A stretch of 64,000 nucleotides of DNA from an uncultured virus (IMG/VR IMGVR_UViG_3300010885_086743) (lineage: Duplodnaviria > Heunggongvirae > Uroviricota > Caudoviricetes): the IMG/VR virus record IMGVR_UViG_3300010885_086743; one strand, written 5' to 3'. Position numbers and translations under genes: made by a program. Of the stretch, positions 30,028 to 40,800 are shown one piece after another (position 1 is the first letter of the stretch; each line of letters starts with the position of its first letter). The notes under the pieces were generated by a model that saw nothing but the letters and a program-made list of their open reading frames with translations, was not told the DNA's origin and ran no database searches.

Positions 30028-30521
30028 TGCCACGTTCTTATTGCACAACAAATGATGTCAAACAATACCTTCCACCTAATGTTGTTACTGAAGGCGACAA
30101 TCCAATACCAAACTTCAGAAATCCAACTCCTGAATCTGCATCAAATATTAATTTAGATTTTTTTATTCAACAAGCATCAGCAGAGATTGACGCTAACCTT
30201 GCTACTATGTATGACGTTCCATTGAAGCAAATTAATATTGGCGGAGATGTATCTTATCCTCATCCAGTTCCAGTTATATGTGCAATTCTTTCTGCTCAAA
30301 TGTATTATATGCAAGCGCTTCAAGGAGCTGATCCTCAATATTCTGAAGCACAAAAAGTAAGGTTTGATTTTGCTCAAAATGAAATTGTCAGAATTCAAAA
30401 TGGTGAAATTAGACTATTTGGACAAAGAAATACTCGTGGAGATAGATTTGTTAGATCTACACTGAGAGGCGTTGTAAGTAATCCAACAGAGGGTAAACGT
30501 TCAAAAGGCCAAAGTCAATAG
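30027..30521 (+). CDS. Mu gp36-like (DUF1320) head-tail adaptor
   Basis: YCTTNDVK...IQQASAEIDANLATMYDVPL...VICAILSA...AQNEIVRIQNGEI matches the gp36-family pattern. Confidence 0.75.
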   Translation: MPRSYCTTNDVKQYLPPNVVTEGDNPIPNFRNPTPESASNINLDFFIQQASAEIDANLATMYDVPLKQINIGGDVSYPHPVPVICAILSAQMYYMQALQGADPQYSEAQKVRFDFAQNEIVRIQNGEIRLFGQRNTRGDRFVRSTLRGVVSNPTEGKRSKGQSQ

Positions 30522-30530
30522 GTGAAATAA

Positions 30531-31307
30531 ATGCTTGAAAGAGTTTATGATACCTTGAGAGGCATCTTATTTTATGAGCTGCCAAAAAATGCTAAAGGTG
30601 AAGCGGTAATTTTTGATCGTACAGTGTCAGGATTTTATATAGGTGAAGCCGCTGTAAGACCTAATGGAATCGCTATAGTAATCAAGGGTGCAAGTTCACC
30701 ATTAAAAGACATTTCGTTTGGATTACAGGAATTTGAACATAATGTTAGTATTGAAGTTAACGTAGGTGCTGACAACATTGAAACTACAGAAAGAGTCACC
30801 CAAGAAGCTACTAGAATTATTCTATCAATTTTGAGGAAACATAGAAGAATTTGGGTAGTAGACACCTGTCCAATTTGTGAAAAATTTACTTTATCTCCCG
30901 CTCACTTTACTGTAGATCATAATAATATTTTAAGTTCATATGCAACATCAGTAACAAATGAATTCAATACTCTTTGGTCAGAAACACACCCGGCAACTTT
31001 AGCCGCTCCTTCCTTACCAGATTCTGGTAAAGCAGCAGAAGCATTTATCAGAATGTATAACGATGTAGGAGTTGGAACATCGGTAGCAAATTTATCTACT
31101 ACTGCAAGAAACAATATTTTAAGAATGCAAGCAGATAATGTTGAACCTATCAGAATGCTTTACGATGTAATTTGCAATGATAACAAATCTTCTGATGATG
31201 CTACAGGTAAACAACTTTTTAGAAGTGGCACAATAACAATAAGTGCAAAAGAATTAGTTAGGCAAATTTACTTTGGTCCTGATAACGTACCAACAACTGC
31301 ATATTAA
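30531..31307 (+). CDS. putative tail-completion/terminator-like protein with Cys/His insertion
   Basis: Follows the gp36-like gene. Alpha/beta N-terminal half, central CPICE..H..H and a C-terminal beta strand (FRSGTITISAKE). GGTGA SD. Confidence 0.45.
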   Translation: MLERVYDTLRGILFYELPKNAKGEAVIFDRTVSGFYIGEAAVRPNGIAIVIKGASSPLKDISFGLQEFEHNVSIEVNVGADNIETTERVTQEATRIILSILRKHRRIWVVDTCPICEKFTLSPAHFTVDHNNILSSYATSVTNEFNTLWSETHPATLAAPSLPDSGKAAEAFIRMYNDVGVGTSVANLSTTARNNILRMQADNVEPIRMLYDVICNDNKSSDDATGKQLFRSGTITISAKELVRQIYFGPDNVPTTAY

Positions 31308-31309
31308 TA

Positions 31310-34300
31310 ATGAGTCTAGTATCCAAAAAAGGCCTTGAATTTATCATCAATCAAATCGGAAAAGCAAAATACGCTTACAAAGATTTGATTGGCGATTTGT
31401 CTTTGAAACACGGATATTTTTTGGATTATGAAAGAATTGCTGTCAAATTTAGAGGATCAACAATTTTTCATGACTACGATTTAGCTGGTCTTACTCCTCA
31501 AGGTTTGACCACAAAACCTTATCAAACTTTTGGAAATGATGATAATATTTCTTTTGGCTTTCAAGGTGGCCAATACACTGTAGACTCTAAGATTGCTAGT
31601 TTTGCTAATACAGGTGGATGGACACCTCAATACTACAATCCTCCAGTTCCAGAGGGTTGGGGAGTTTGGGATTATAATGCTTGGCAATATTATATACCTC
31701 CATTCAATGCTGCTGGTAGTGCTAATACTTCTTACATAATTTACAATATAAATTCTGAACCTAGTGATGGATTAGAAAGAACAAATTATGATTACCCTTT
31801 AAGATGGAATGGAAGTTTTTACCAGAGAGTGAATTTATTTAATTCTTCAAGATGGATCTCTGTAAAAAATACAGGAACAGTTTCTAACAATGAAGCACAT
31901 ATAATAATTCCAAAGTCTTATTTTGAAAGCACACAATTTATAAATCCATTTACAAATACTCCAAAAGATCTGGGTATTGCTTCACACTCATTTCTTAAGA
32001 CTCAAGGCATTGGATCAACGTTCTCTCTTGGAGGAACTATGGCAGGATTAGCTTTGACTTATCTTGCTTATAATGTTTCAGAAGTTTCATCAACTGGCTC
32101 AACAACAGAAAGAATAAAAGATCATTATTTATTTAAAGTAAAAACACCATCAACATGGACCGCAGATTACTGGTATCATTTAGCCTTCTATTGGGACACT
32201 CACGATACAGACTTTTTATCTTCATATCCAACATACACTTCTGGAACTGCAATTACTTTTAATATTGGAAACTTAAGTTCAACTTGGAATATTTATCCTA
32301 GAAAAACATATCTACAGAAAGATGTAAAAAGTTATCTTACATTTGATAAGACAGGTGTAAATGATACAAATGTTTATCTTTTTTCAAGAGGTAAAACAAA
32401 TCAAAAATATTTTGATGGCGATTATATAACAACAACTGAACCTTTTAGATATTTGTACCCCGAAACATTTAGTGCATATGGAGACACAAACTCTTTAGCA
32501 AATTACGTTCCTTTAAGTTCTTTTGAATATCTTCCTGTTATAATTGCTACTAAAAATATTATTTCCGGAAATCAATACGAGAATGGAGATATAGATTTTT
32601 ATTTATTTTTTGGAAAAGCAATGCCTCAAGAATCTGTTCCTGTAGATTGGTATGATTTCAAAAATTATCCAACTATTGATAATGATTATGATATTATTTC
32701 GAAAATTATACTTTCCTATCCATCATTCAAAACTTCAGGAACTATTAAGAACAAAACAAGCACAACATATAACTTAAACAATGCATCAATAGTTTATATT
32801 GATAGAACAGCAGATAATTTTGCTGTACCTTCAATAGGTGATAGTGATTTGGTTTTCAACACATTACAAGATGTTATTGGAATGACTACTTTTACTAGAG
32901 CAACTGATTTTAACGATATTTATGATAAATTATCCGTAGACTTAATAACTTCTTTTGTAAATTACAGATCTTTTAACAATAGTAGTTTTATAGATATTAA
33001 AAATAATAGCTATAAAAAATCAAAACTATTGCACAATTTATTAAAATATCCAATTGCTCCAGCTTTACAATCAAATTATCAAACAACTAAAGGTTCTGGA
33101 AAAATTACTATTACTTCAGGTAATAATGTTGTAATTGGAAGTTTTTCTAAATTTACAACAGAAATTACTGAGGGCGACTATCTTTACAGTTCTGATGGAT
33201 TGACATTATACGGGCAAGTTCTTTCAATCATAAATGACACTTATATAATTCTTGAGGAAAACTATAAAGCTTCAGTAGACAATCAATCTTACGGAGTTAA
33301 AAATAGTCCTTTAGAAACAGAACCTATAAATATTGATGTTCAAGAATCAGGCGCTAATTCAATGATATCTTGGCTCTTAAATCCTCCAACTAAAATTGTA
33401 TTCAAATATGATGAAAGTGGAATGACGTTGAAAGATATTACTTTTGAAAGTAATACAGAATTTGAATTTTACCAAGAAGTTTCTAATATTCCAGACTTAT
33501 TAGATCAAGAGAATACTGGAAATAGACTTACTAAAGATTATTCATTTTCAATTAGTTTTGAGAATTCTACAAGTGATAGATTTATTAAAAATATTAAATT
33601 AAATTCATCAAAATTCTACATAACTGATGACGAATACTCTAATAGAAAAAAGAAAAATTTATCTACTTCTGGATATTTTAAACAAGGGTCGCAAACTGAA
33701 AGAAATAATAATGCCCAAGGTACTTTCAACTCCATGGAAGAGTATAGACTTTATGGAAGTGCTGCAATTATTCCCAACATGCAAATGGGAGAAAGTAGAG
33801 CAATATTAACTAAGCAAGTTCAGCCTTCTGATTCTACAAAACAAACTGAAACAGATTTCATAAATAATCTCAAGTTATCAAATCCTAATATCACTGAAGC
33901 TGAAATTCAAGATAAGATTAGTGATTATGAACTGACAAAATCTTTCTACACTCCTGATACAAGTCAATTCTCTAACACATTCACAAAGATTAAAGAAATT
34001 GGTATGACTATTTCTAATTATGCATTTAATAGAAATAAGTACTGGATTTCCAATTATGATGAAATAGCTGGAGGAATTAGAGATAATAAAATTTTCACAG
34101 CACAAAATTTGTTAGACTTGAGATCTGATTCTTTCCTAATTAGCATTGCTGGATATTCAACTTCAGATGCATCTATAAACAGCTTAGAAAATGTATTTAA
34201 GCAGCAAATTCCTATCATTGATGCAACTAATATCAATCAGACTACTAAAGGTGGATATAAGAGTGTAAATTACAATAGATTTGCTCTTAAAATAACTCCA

Positions 34301-36013
34301 AATGATTATCAAAATATCAAATCTTTAAAGGTCAGATTACAAAGTTTAGCAGTTTGTAATAATCCTGATGCTTATATACAGTGTACTATATGGGATAATT
34401 ATAATGGACTTCCAAATGCAAAGCTTATTTCTGGTTCTAAAGTTTTCTATACAAGCATAAAAAATATTTTTGATGATGTTTATTTTTATGTAAATTATTC
34501 ATTTACAAAAGACAGAACTTATTGGATAGTCTTTGAATCTAATACTAATCTTCCAAATTACGATGCTAAAACGCTAGGATTAGTTAACGTAAGTGGCACT
34601 GCAGTAAGTGGACTTTACAACCCAGCAAATAACACAACTGCTGACTTTAATAATTATCAGAAATATGCTTCTATAGGATTTGGAAGCTCTAATTATAGCG
34701 ATATTTCCACTTGGTATGAAATTGCTTCTATTGGTTCTTCTTCTGTTATGGCTGTTTCAGGAAGTGCAGGAACAAGTGTAAATCAAAATTATGTTATTAA
34801 ATATGACTTAAGATTACAAATTCAAGAAACATCAACTCCAACAGCATCAAATTTAGCATTTTATGATGGGTATTCTTGGACAATTTCTACAGGCACCTCC
34901 TATGTTGCTTTCTATGGGTTAGATGATGAAATTTACGCTGGATTTAATAGAGATTTTAATAATTCTTCTCTAATTATGCCAGAGCCAAATAAAACTAGAG
35001 CAAATGATACAGATTACTATGTAGATGAATTTTGGACATTAAATAATCAAGAATTATTTACTCCATCTCAACTATATATTTATCCAAGATCTTTTGTTTC
35101 AAGAGTAGTTGCAATTGGGGCTACTGGAACTTCTGGAACAAATCTTCTTTATATACCAGAAGAAAATTTTGATTCTTCGGTAATGGTTGGAATTGCTGTG
35201 ACTTCAACTGTAATTGCTAGCGGAACAGCAATTACTAATTTAGTTTACGATTCAATAAACAATAATTACAAAGTCTACTTGAATAATAATATTTCTGGTT
35301 CTGCAAATACTCATTATTTTGGAGATAATCAAAATAGATTAATCAAGAGAGCAAATGACATACATTTGTATCTTAAATATTTTGTTGACAATCAATTACA
35401 AACTACTTACGTAAAACTAGACAAATCACCAACTTGGATTACTCATTGGTATAGCAAATCATCCTGGAATTATTTAGAGTTGGATGTTAACGATATGAGC
35501 AATATAACTTCTGCTCATCACAATGTGAACTTTGATAATTTTAGTGGGCTAGGACAAACAAATTATTTTAATGGATTTGTAATTGGAGATTTTATAGCAC
35601 AATCTTCATTAGGATCAACTTTTGATTTCAAAGTTACCACAAATGGCGGCGTAAAATTATATATAAACAATGAAGAAAAACCTTATATTAGTAATTGGAA
35701 AAATACATCTTCATCATCATTTATAGCCTCATACGTAGCTACTGGAAGCTCTCAACCAATATCTTTTGAGTTGCAATTTAACAATTATCAAAATATTCAT
35801 AATTTAAAATTAGAATGGAGAAAGACTGGAACATCAACTTGGCAGCAAGTAGATAGTTCTTTCTATCAAGATGTGTCAGTAAGCCCAGTTTTAATTAGCA
35901 GTGACAAAATAGAAAAACTCTCTTACTTAGTTGTTGGTAAAACTTTAGAAGAAATCAATGATCAATACTATGGATTTTCGCTTACCGACAAGATTGTGAT
36001 CAGGAACAAATAA
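31310..36013 (+). CDS. large virion fibre/baseplate protein with C-terminal PA14-like domain
   Basis: 1567 aa. GSGKITITSGNNVVIGSFSKFTTEITEGD fibre module and C-terminal FDFKVTTNGGVKLYIN...FELQF...LKLEW PA14 pattern. Confidence 0.65.
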   Translation: MSLVSKKGLEFIINQIGKAKYAYKDLIGDLSLKHGYFLDYERIAVKFRGSTIFHDYDLAGLTPQGLTTKPYQTFGNDDNISFGFQGGQYTVDSKIASFANTGGWTPQYYNPPVPEGWGVWDYNAWQYYIPPFNAAGSANTSYIIYNINSEPSDGLERTNYDYPLRWNGSFYQRVNLFNSSRWISVKNTGTVSNNEAHIIIPKSYFESTQFINPFTNTPKDLGIASHSFLKTQGIGSTFSLGGTMAGLALTYLAYNVSEVSSTGSTTERIKDHYLFKVKTPSTWTADYWYHLAFYWDTHDTDFLSSYPTYTSGTAITFNIGNLSSTWNIYPRKTYLQKDVKSYLTFDKTGVNDTNVYLFSRGKTNQKYFDGDYITTTEPFRYLYPETFSAYGDTNSLANYVPLSSFEYLPVIIATKNIISGNQYENGDIDFYLFFGKAMPQESVPVDWYDFKNYPTIDNDYDIISKIILSYPSFKTSGTIKNKTSTTYNLNNASIVYIDRTADNFAVPSIGDSDLVFNTLQDVIGMTTFTRATDFNDIYDKLSVDLITSFVNYRSFNNSSFIDIKNNSYKKSKLLHNLLKYPIAPALQSNYQTTKGSGKITITSGNNVVIGSFSKFTTEITEGDYLYSSDGLTLYGQVLSIINDTYIILEENYKASVDNQSYGVKNSPLETEPINIDVQESGANSMISWLLNPPTKIVFKYDESGMTLKDITFESNTEFEFYQEVSNIPDLLDQENTGNRLTKDYSFSISFENSTSDRFIKNIKLNSSKFYITDDEYSNRKKKNLSTSGYFKQGSQTERNNNAQGTFNSMEEYRLYGSAAIIPNMQMGESRAILTKQVQPSDSTKQTETDFINNLKLSNPNITEAEIQDKISDYELTKSFYTPDTSQFSNTFTKIKEIGMTISNYAFNRNKYWISNYDEIAGGIRDNKIFTAQNLLDLRSDSFLISIAGYSTSDASINSLENVFKQQIPIIDATNINQTTKGGYKSVNYNRFALKITPNDYQNIKSLKVRLQSLAVCNNPDAYIQCTIWDNYNGLPNAKLISGSKVFYTSIKNIFDDVYFYVNYSFTKDRTYWIVFESNTNLPNYDAKTLGLVNVSGTAVSGLYNPANNTTADFNNYQKYASIGFGSSNYSDISTWYEIASIGSSSVMAVSGSAGTSVNQNYVIKYDLRLQIQETSTPTASNLAFYDGYSWTISTGTSYVAFYGLDDEIYAGFNRDFNNSSLIMPEPNKTRANDTDYYVDEFWTLNNQELFTPSQLYIYPRSFVSRVVAIGATGTSGTNLLYIPEENFDSSVMVGIAVTSTVIASGTAITNLVYDSINNNYKVYLNNNISGSANTHYFGDNQNRLIKRANDIHLYLKYFVDNQLQTTYVKLDKSPTWITHWYSKSSWNYLELDVNDMSNITSAHHNVNFDNFSGLGQTNYFNGFVIGDFIAQSSLGSTFDFKVTTNGGVKLYINNEEKPYISNWKNTSSSSFIASYVATGSSQPISFELQFNNYQNIHNLKLEWRKTGTSTWQQVDSSFYQDVSVSPVLISSDKIEKLSYLVVGKTLEEINDQYYGFSLTDKIVIRNK

Positions 36014-36867
36014 TGGCAATGAATTATGCGTCAGCAATCACAATGAATAATTTAGTGATAGCCTTAGATCAGACAGCTAGCACAGTAGATATTGCATTAG
36101 CTTCTCAAGAATATGCATTGTCTAGTAATACAATTGAACGTAATTTGCAGTTATTATATGGCTTGTCTGCAATAAAATCTCAAAATTATACTATGGTTTT
36201 AGATATTTTGAGTTTTGGTAAAGGGCTTATAAAAACAGCTTTGTCAATATCTAATGTAGAAATGCCAAGTGGCAATGAACAAGGATACACAATACAACAA
36301 ATATTAGGAAATCTTGACACAATGTCAGATGGTTATATATTTGGAAAAGTATTCTTAACTTCTGATAGTACAGGAGGAGAAGCACTTACATTTTCTTTAG
36401 CAAGACCAATAAACGCTCCTAACGGAAACCCATTAATTATAAGTAAAGATATTAATATGGACACTGCTGAAGAGATTATAAGAACAACTCAAGATTTATC
36501 TTTTACTACAAACAAAACATATCAATTAGAAATTTTTAAATTTATTGCAGACATTTCTTATTATGATGGAACAATTAAAAACTCAAGAGTTTTTTTTAAA
36601 CTTATAGATGAAAGATTACCAAGAGGCTATTTTGGATATACCGAAGAAAACATTTCTAAAATAGTTATTACATCAATTATAAGAAATTATGCATTAATTT
36701 CAGAACAATATAATACACAGAAAAATTTAACCAAAGAAATCATTACAAATTGGACAGGAAGTTCAACTTGGGAACCAGATTTTAAATCATATTGGCAAAA
36801 TTCTGAAAAATCTTTACCAACCAGACTTTTGTCCTATCTATCATCAGAGTTGAGTATAAATATATAA
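36013..36867 (+). CDS. hypothetical virion-module protein
   Basis: 284 aa, TAATG-coupled to the upstream gene. Confidence 0.6.
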   Translation: MAMNYASAITMNNLVIALDQTASTVDIALASQEYALSSNTIERNLQLLYGLSAIKSQNYTMVLDILSFGKGLIKTALSISNVEMPSGNEQGYTIQQILGNLDTMSDGYIFGKVFLTSDSTGGEALTFSLARPINAPNGNPLIISKDINMDTAEEIIRTTQDLSFTTNKTYQLEIFKFIADISYYDGTIKNSRVFFKLIDERLPRGYFGYTEENISKIVITSIIRNYALISEQYNTQKNLTKEIITNWTGSSTWEPDFKSYWQNSEKSLPTRLLSYLSSELSINI

Positions 36868-36868
36868 A

Positions 36869-39319
36869 ATGGCAATATCATCAAAAGTAGAAGAAATAAT
36901 TCTAGAATTAACAAAAACAGTAGGTAATATTTACGATGCGTTAAATTATGGCATTGGAGATGTTGATACTCCTGGTTCTTCTATATTTGAAATTAACAAT
37001 TTGCTTTCAATGGCAACCATAGGATTTCCATATTTTGGTGTTCTTGAAACAGCACCATTAGGGTGTGAAACTACTTATGATATTACCTATGATCCTTACT
37101 ACGTTACAGTAAGAAGTGGACAAGTTGCTTATAATGGCTCTGTTTTTAATTTACAGCCACAGAAAATTCCACTTAAGAAAGAATGGTCAAAAGATTATTC
37201 ATCAGGTGGATTTGGAGCTAGCTATAAATATGGTGTTACTTTAGGTTTACCTATAAGTGAAGTTAAAAAAGCAACCCAAACTTGGTCAACAACAGTGAGT
37301 ACAACTTGTTTATCTGGAACAAGTATTTTATATGTCAAGGATGCTACAATTGCTGTTAATTTGGGGTTTCCCATCCAAGCTTTTGTCGGCAATTATCTTA
37401 TATCTTTTTCTAACGTAACAGATGATTTAACAGGTTTAATAGTTGATCCATCTTATTACAATGGCTCTTCATTTGGAACATTGCCAGCAACATATTATCT
37501 TGACAATCCTGTTACTTTTTTATTCCAACCAAGAGTAAAATTCATTACAGGTTTTCCTGTTTTAGAAACAAGTGAAAATGTAAATACCTTTAATTATTTT
37601 CCTCCGTTACCTAAAAGCTGGATTCCTATCAGCAAAGTAATGGTGAAAAATCCAGACAACCCCGTAGTAGTTGATTCTGGTACAGGATTGACAAGAACAA
37701 TTGTAGATATGCCGACTGATATATCAACATATCAAATTCTAGGTGATTCAACAGACAAATCTTTAATAATTCAAAGTTGCACTGAAGCAAACAGTGCTTT
37801 GGAAAGTTACAAAACAAATGATTATGTCAGAAACACAGTTTCAGCAATATACAGATATTTAAATACAGTTTCAGCAAATTCAGGTTTTACAAATAGAGAA
37901 CTTTTGGCTGCACAACCATTTAGAAAAACAGAATTTTACTCTAAAGGAACTTCATTTAGTGGCCTTGAGCGATTTGAATTACCATATAACTTTTCAAAAG
38001 CCTACTATGAAACTATAGGATCTGATGTTCAGCATACTTTTGGTATTTTTAGAGGGGACCTTATTACTTATAATGCTGCAATTGGAAGCAACAATACAGC
38101 AGCTGCAACAGGATTTACTAACTTAGTCATACCTTGTTCAAATTATATTTCTTCACTGTCATCTGCAACTCAAATTTACGGAGTAAGTATTGTTTATAAT
38201 ATTTCAACAGATGAATATGTAGAAAGTATTCCAGTTTATAGTAATCTTGTTTCTTCAAATTTTACATCAAACAATTACCTTGTTGAATTAAAATGGTCAG
38301 GAGCTGGAATAACAAACCCACTATTCTATAATATTTATAAAAAGCCGCAATTAAGTAGTGATTTAATTGAAAGAAAGCTTACTAATATTAATGAAATTCA
38401 ATATCCATCTTACAACACGATGACCACAGTTGAAGATAATACAGATTTGATTTTAAGAAATGGATTATCAGCATTCAAAATAACACCTAATGAAAATTGT
38501 TTTGTTGGAGGAGTGACTTTAAAATTAAAATACTCTGCTGGTGGTCAAACTACTGGTTCTGGAACAACAGGCATAAACATATCGATTTATTCTGCTACTG
38601 GATCAACGCCAACACCTAATGGAATGATTACAAGTGCATCAGTCATAAGAAATTCTGATGTTCTGCAAGGCACTAATGAATACACTATAAAATTCAGTAC
38701 TGGAGCCAATCTTTTACAAGGATCAACATATTGGCTGATGATCAATAAACCATCAGATTTTACAACTGGATCAGGTTCCACAACTCTTTATACTAGAGTC
38801 ATTTCAGGCAGTTCTGGACAAGGATTGACATCTGTAAATAGTGGATCCTCTTGGACAGGCACAGGAGGAACTGCCTACTATAAGTTTAGAGGATATCTTG
38901 ATGATGGCAATATATCTGGAGATATTCTGAGACGTGGAATCAAGCTTACAAATAGAATTGCATTAGAACCCAGAAAATTATCAGTTTATGTTCCTTACGT
39001 TGATGACTTGACTACTTCTAATATTGTATTCAATGGCTCTACAACTGGAATTGCTACAACTGATGATCAAACAATTAAAAATGATTTAGTAGTTACGGTT
39101 ATAGCTCAGAATGGTGAAAATGGAACTCCTACAACTCTTACAACTACAGTTCCAAAAGGTTCAGCAAGAAATCAAAGATTTTCATTGGGAAATGATTTAC
39201 AAGTATTTGATAGAGTTTTGGATGCTTACGTAACTCCTGGAACTGATGTAACAAGAATAAACAATGGTCCAATTTTATGGGATATTTATGATCTTATAAC
39301 TATTGAAACTACACCATAG
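36869..39319 (+). CDS. virion/tail structural protein
   Basis: 816 aa, T/G/S-rich. VTVRSGQVAYNG attachment-type segment and an AFKITP...TYWLMI beta-sandwich domain. Confidence 0.6.
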   Translation: MAISSKVEEIILELTKTVGNIYDALNYGIGDVDTPGSSIFEINNLLSMATIGFPYFGVLETAPLGCETTYDITYDPYYVTVRSGQVAYNGSVFNLQPQKIPLKKEWSKDYSSGGFGASYKYGVTLGLPISEVKKATQTWSTTVSTTCLSGTSILYVKDATIAVNLGFPIQAFVGNYLISFSNVTDDLTGLIVDPSYYNGSSFGTLPATYYLDNPVTFLFQPRVKFITGFPVLETSENVNTFNYFPPLPKSWIPISKVMVKNPDNPVVVDSGTGLTRTIVDMPTDISTYQILGDSTDKSLIIQSCTEANSALESYKTNDYVRNTVSAIYRYLNTVSANSGFTNRELLAAQPFRKTEFYSKGTSFSGLERFELPYNFSKAYYETIGSDVQHTFGIFRGDLITYNAAIGSNNTAAATGFTNLVIPCSNYISSLSSATQIYGVSIVYNISTDEYVESIPVYSNLVSSNFTSNNYLVELKWSGAGITNPLFYNIYKKPQLSSDLIERKLTNINEIQYPSYNTMTTVEDNTDLILRNGLSAFKITPNENCFVGGVTLKLKYSAGGQTTGSGTTGINISIYSATGSTPTPNGMITSASVIRNSDVLQGTNEYTIKFSTGANLLQGSTYWLMINKPSDFTTGSGSTTLYTRVISGSSGQGLTSVNSGSSWTGTGGTAYYKFRGYLDDGNISGDILRRGIKLTNRIALEPRKLSVYVPYVDDLTTSNIVFNGSTTGIATTDDQTIKNDLVVTVIAQNGENGTPTTLTTTVPKGSARNQRFSLGNDLQVFDRVLDAYVTPGTDVTRINNGPILWDIYDLITIETTP

Positions 39320-39327
39320 GTTTTAAT

Positions 39328-40800
39328 ATGAGAAAAAGTATTAAAGCCAGTTCACTCAATTCAGATATGAAATCTTTTGGTGCTGATCAAACATTAACAG
39401 TTTCAAGTATTGGAAGTTCAGAATATTCTCCATCACAATACCTCTACAAAGAAGCTTATAATAACTTTAGCTCGCATTTATATGCTCCGTCTTTTGAAAC
39501 AGGTTATTATGATATTTTTGCACTTTCAAGAGAATTTGCAGAAGATCCTGATTTTAATTTATCATTTTCAAACATCAACACAAATTATTTATTTTCAATT
39601 GATAATTTTAACATTCAAGGCGCTCAAGAATCTGATGCTGGAGAAAGATATGCAGGCGAAGGGGCTAATCCTAATACTTTTCAATTAGGTTCCAAAGAGT
39701 ACAATGTTAGCTTTACTTATCCATTTAAAGTGGATAGTTGGGGATATCTAGATTTTTCTTTAGCTGCATTTTTTGATTATTGTATTGAGGCCTTTAAAGG
39801 CTCTCCATCATCTTTTATAGGTAGATTTACATCCGATAATGCATCTACAATAGCAGCTGGAACAACCCAACTTTACATTGATAATATATCTGAGTTTATG
39901 GGTTTGTCATTACCATTTCAAGCAAAGATAAAGTCTGACACAAATACCAATTATGATTTAGTTGATATAACTGGTATTGATAAAGCAAATCAATTATTGA
40001 CTATAGGAGCTGGAGTCAATGTTGCGTTCAATAGAGACACTTCTTACATTTCAGCCCATCCTCGTTCAGATGGTAAAGAAGCATCATTCTCGTTATTTAC
40101 TTTGAAGCAAGGATTATTGAGTGGATGTTTGGTTGATAAATTTTCTATAAACTTTAAGCCTGGAGAGCAAATTACAGCTTATATAGATTTGAAAGTCTTA
40201 AATGTTGATAGAACTTATCAGGTTCAAATGTATAATAATTTTACTTCTATAGTTGAGAATTATTTTAAGAAAAAACCAAGTTATATTCTAAATGGCTACA
40301 ATGTGAGAGTATATAAAAGTGCTCCAGAATATGGCTTATTTGGTTTAGGTTCAATTATAGATTCAAAACTATTCAGAGGCTTTCAACAATCACAATTAGA
40401 TAGTATTTATGTTACTGAAATGGACATAAGTATAGAAAATAATTTGAAACCAATTTTTACATTGAATTCAAAAAGCAGTGATCGAAAAACAAATTCTTTT
40501 AAAAACTCTTTACCTTATGGATATTATTCTGAAGGACGTAAAATTTCAGGATCAATAACATACACTGGCCCAATTAAACCCTGGGCAGTGGTTGAATTCT
40601 TATCAGGTCCAAGTAGCATAAATAATGACGGTATAACTTTTGATATGGGGCCAATAAAATTAGAACTGCCTGAAGTTGTATGGTCAACAGAATCTCAAGA
40701 ACATTCTAGATTGGAATATCAAAAGAGTAAAGTCAATTTTTCAGTAGCAACTCAAAATTATACATTTGACCCAGTATTAAAACCAACAGGAAATTATTGA
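39328..40800 (+). CDS. putative tail tube protein
   Basis: 490 aa. GCLVDKFSINFKPGEQITAYIDL, EMDISIENNL and EGRKISGSITY are tube-type strand motifs. Confidence 0.6.
   Translation: MRKSIKASSLNSDMKSFGADQTLTVSSIGSSEYSPSQYLYKEAYNNFSSHLYAPSFETGYYDIFALSREFAEDPDFNLSFSNINTNYLFSIDNFNIQGAQESDAGERYAGEGANPNTFQLGSKEYNVSFTYPFKVDSWGYLDFSLAAFFDYCIEAFKGSPSSFIGRFTSDNASTIAAGTTQLYIDNISEFMGLSLPFQAKIKSDTNTNYDLVDITGIDKANQLLTIGAGVNVAFNRDTSYISAHPRSDGKEASFSLFTLKQGLLSGCLVDKFSINFKPGEQITAYIDLKVLNVDRTYQVQMYNNFTSIVENYFKKKPSYILNGYNVRVYKSAPEYGLFGLGSIIDSKLFRGFQQSQLDSIYVTEMDISIENNLKPIFTLNSKSSDRKTNSFKNSLPYGYYSEGRKISGSITYTGPIKPWAVVEFLSGPSSINNDGITFDMGPIKLELPEVVWSTESQEHSRLEYQKSKVNFSVATQNYTFDPVLKPTGNY

Noticed and set aside
37831..37877. 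Short direct repeat AAAYACAGTTTCAGCAA, two copies 30 bp apart
   Set aside because: In-frame coding repeat (NTVSA twice) with only two copies, so not a CRISPR or iteron array.
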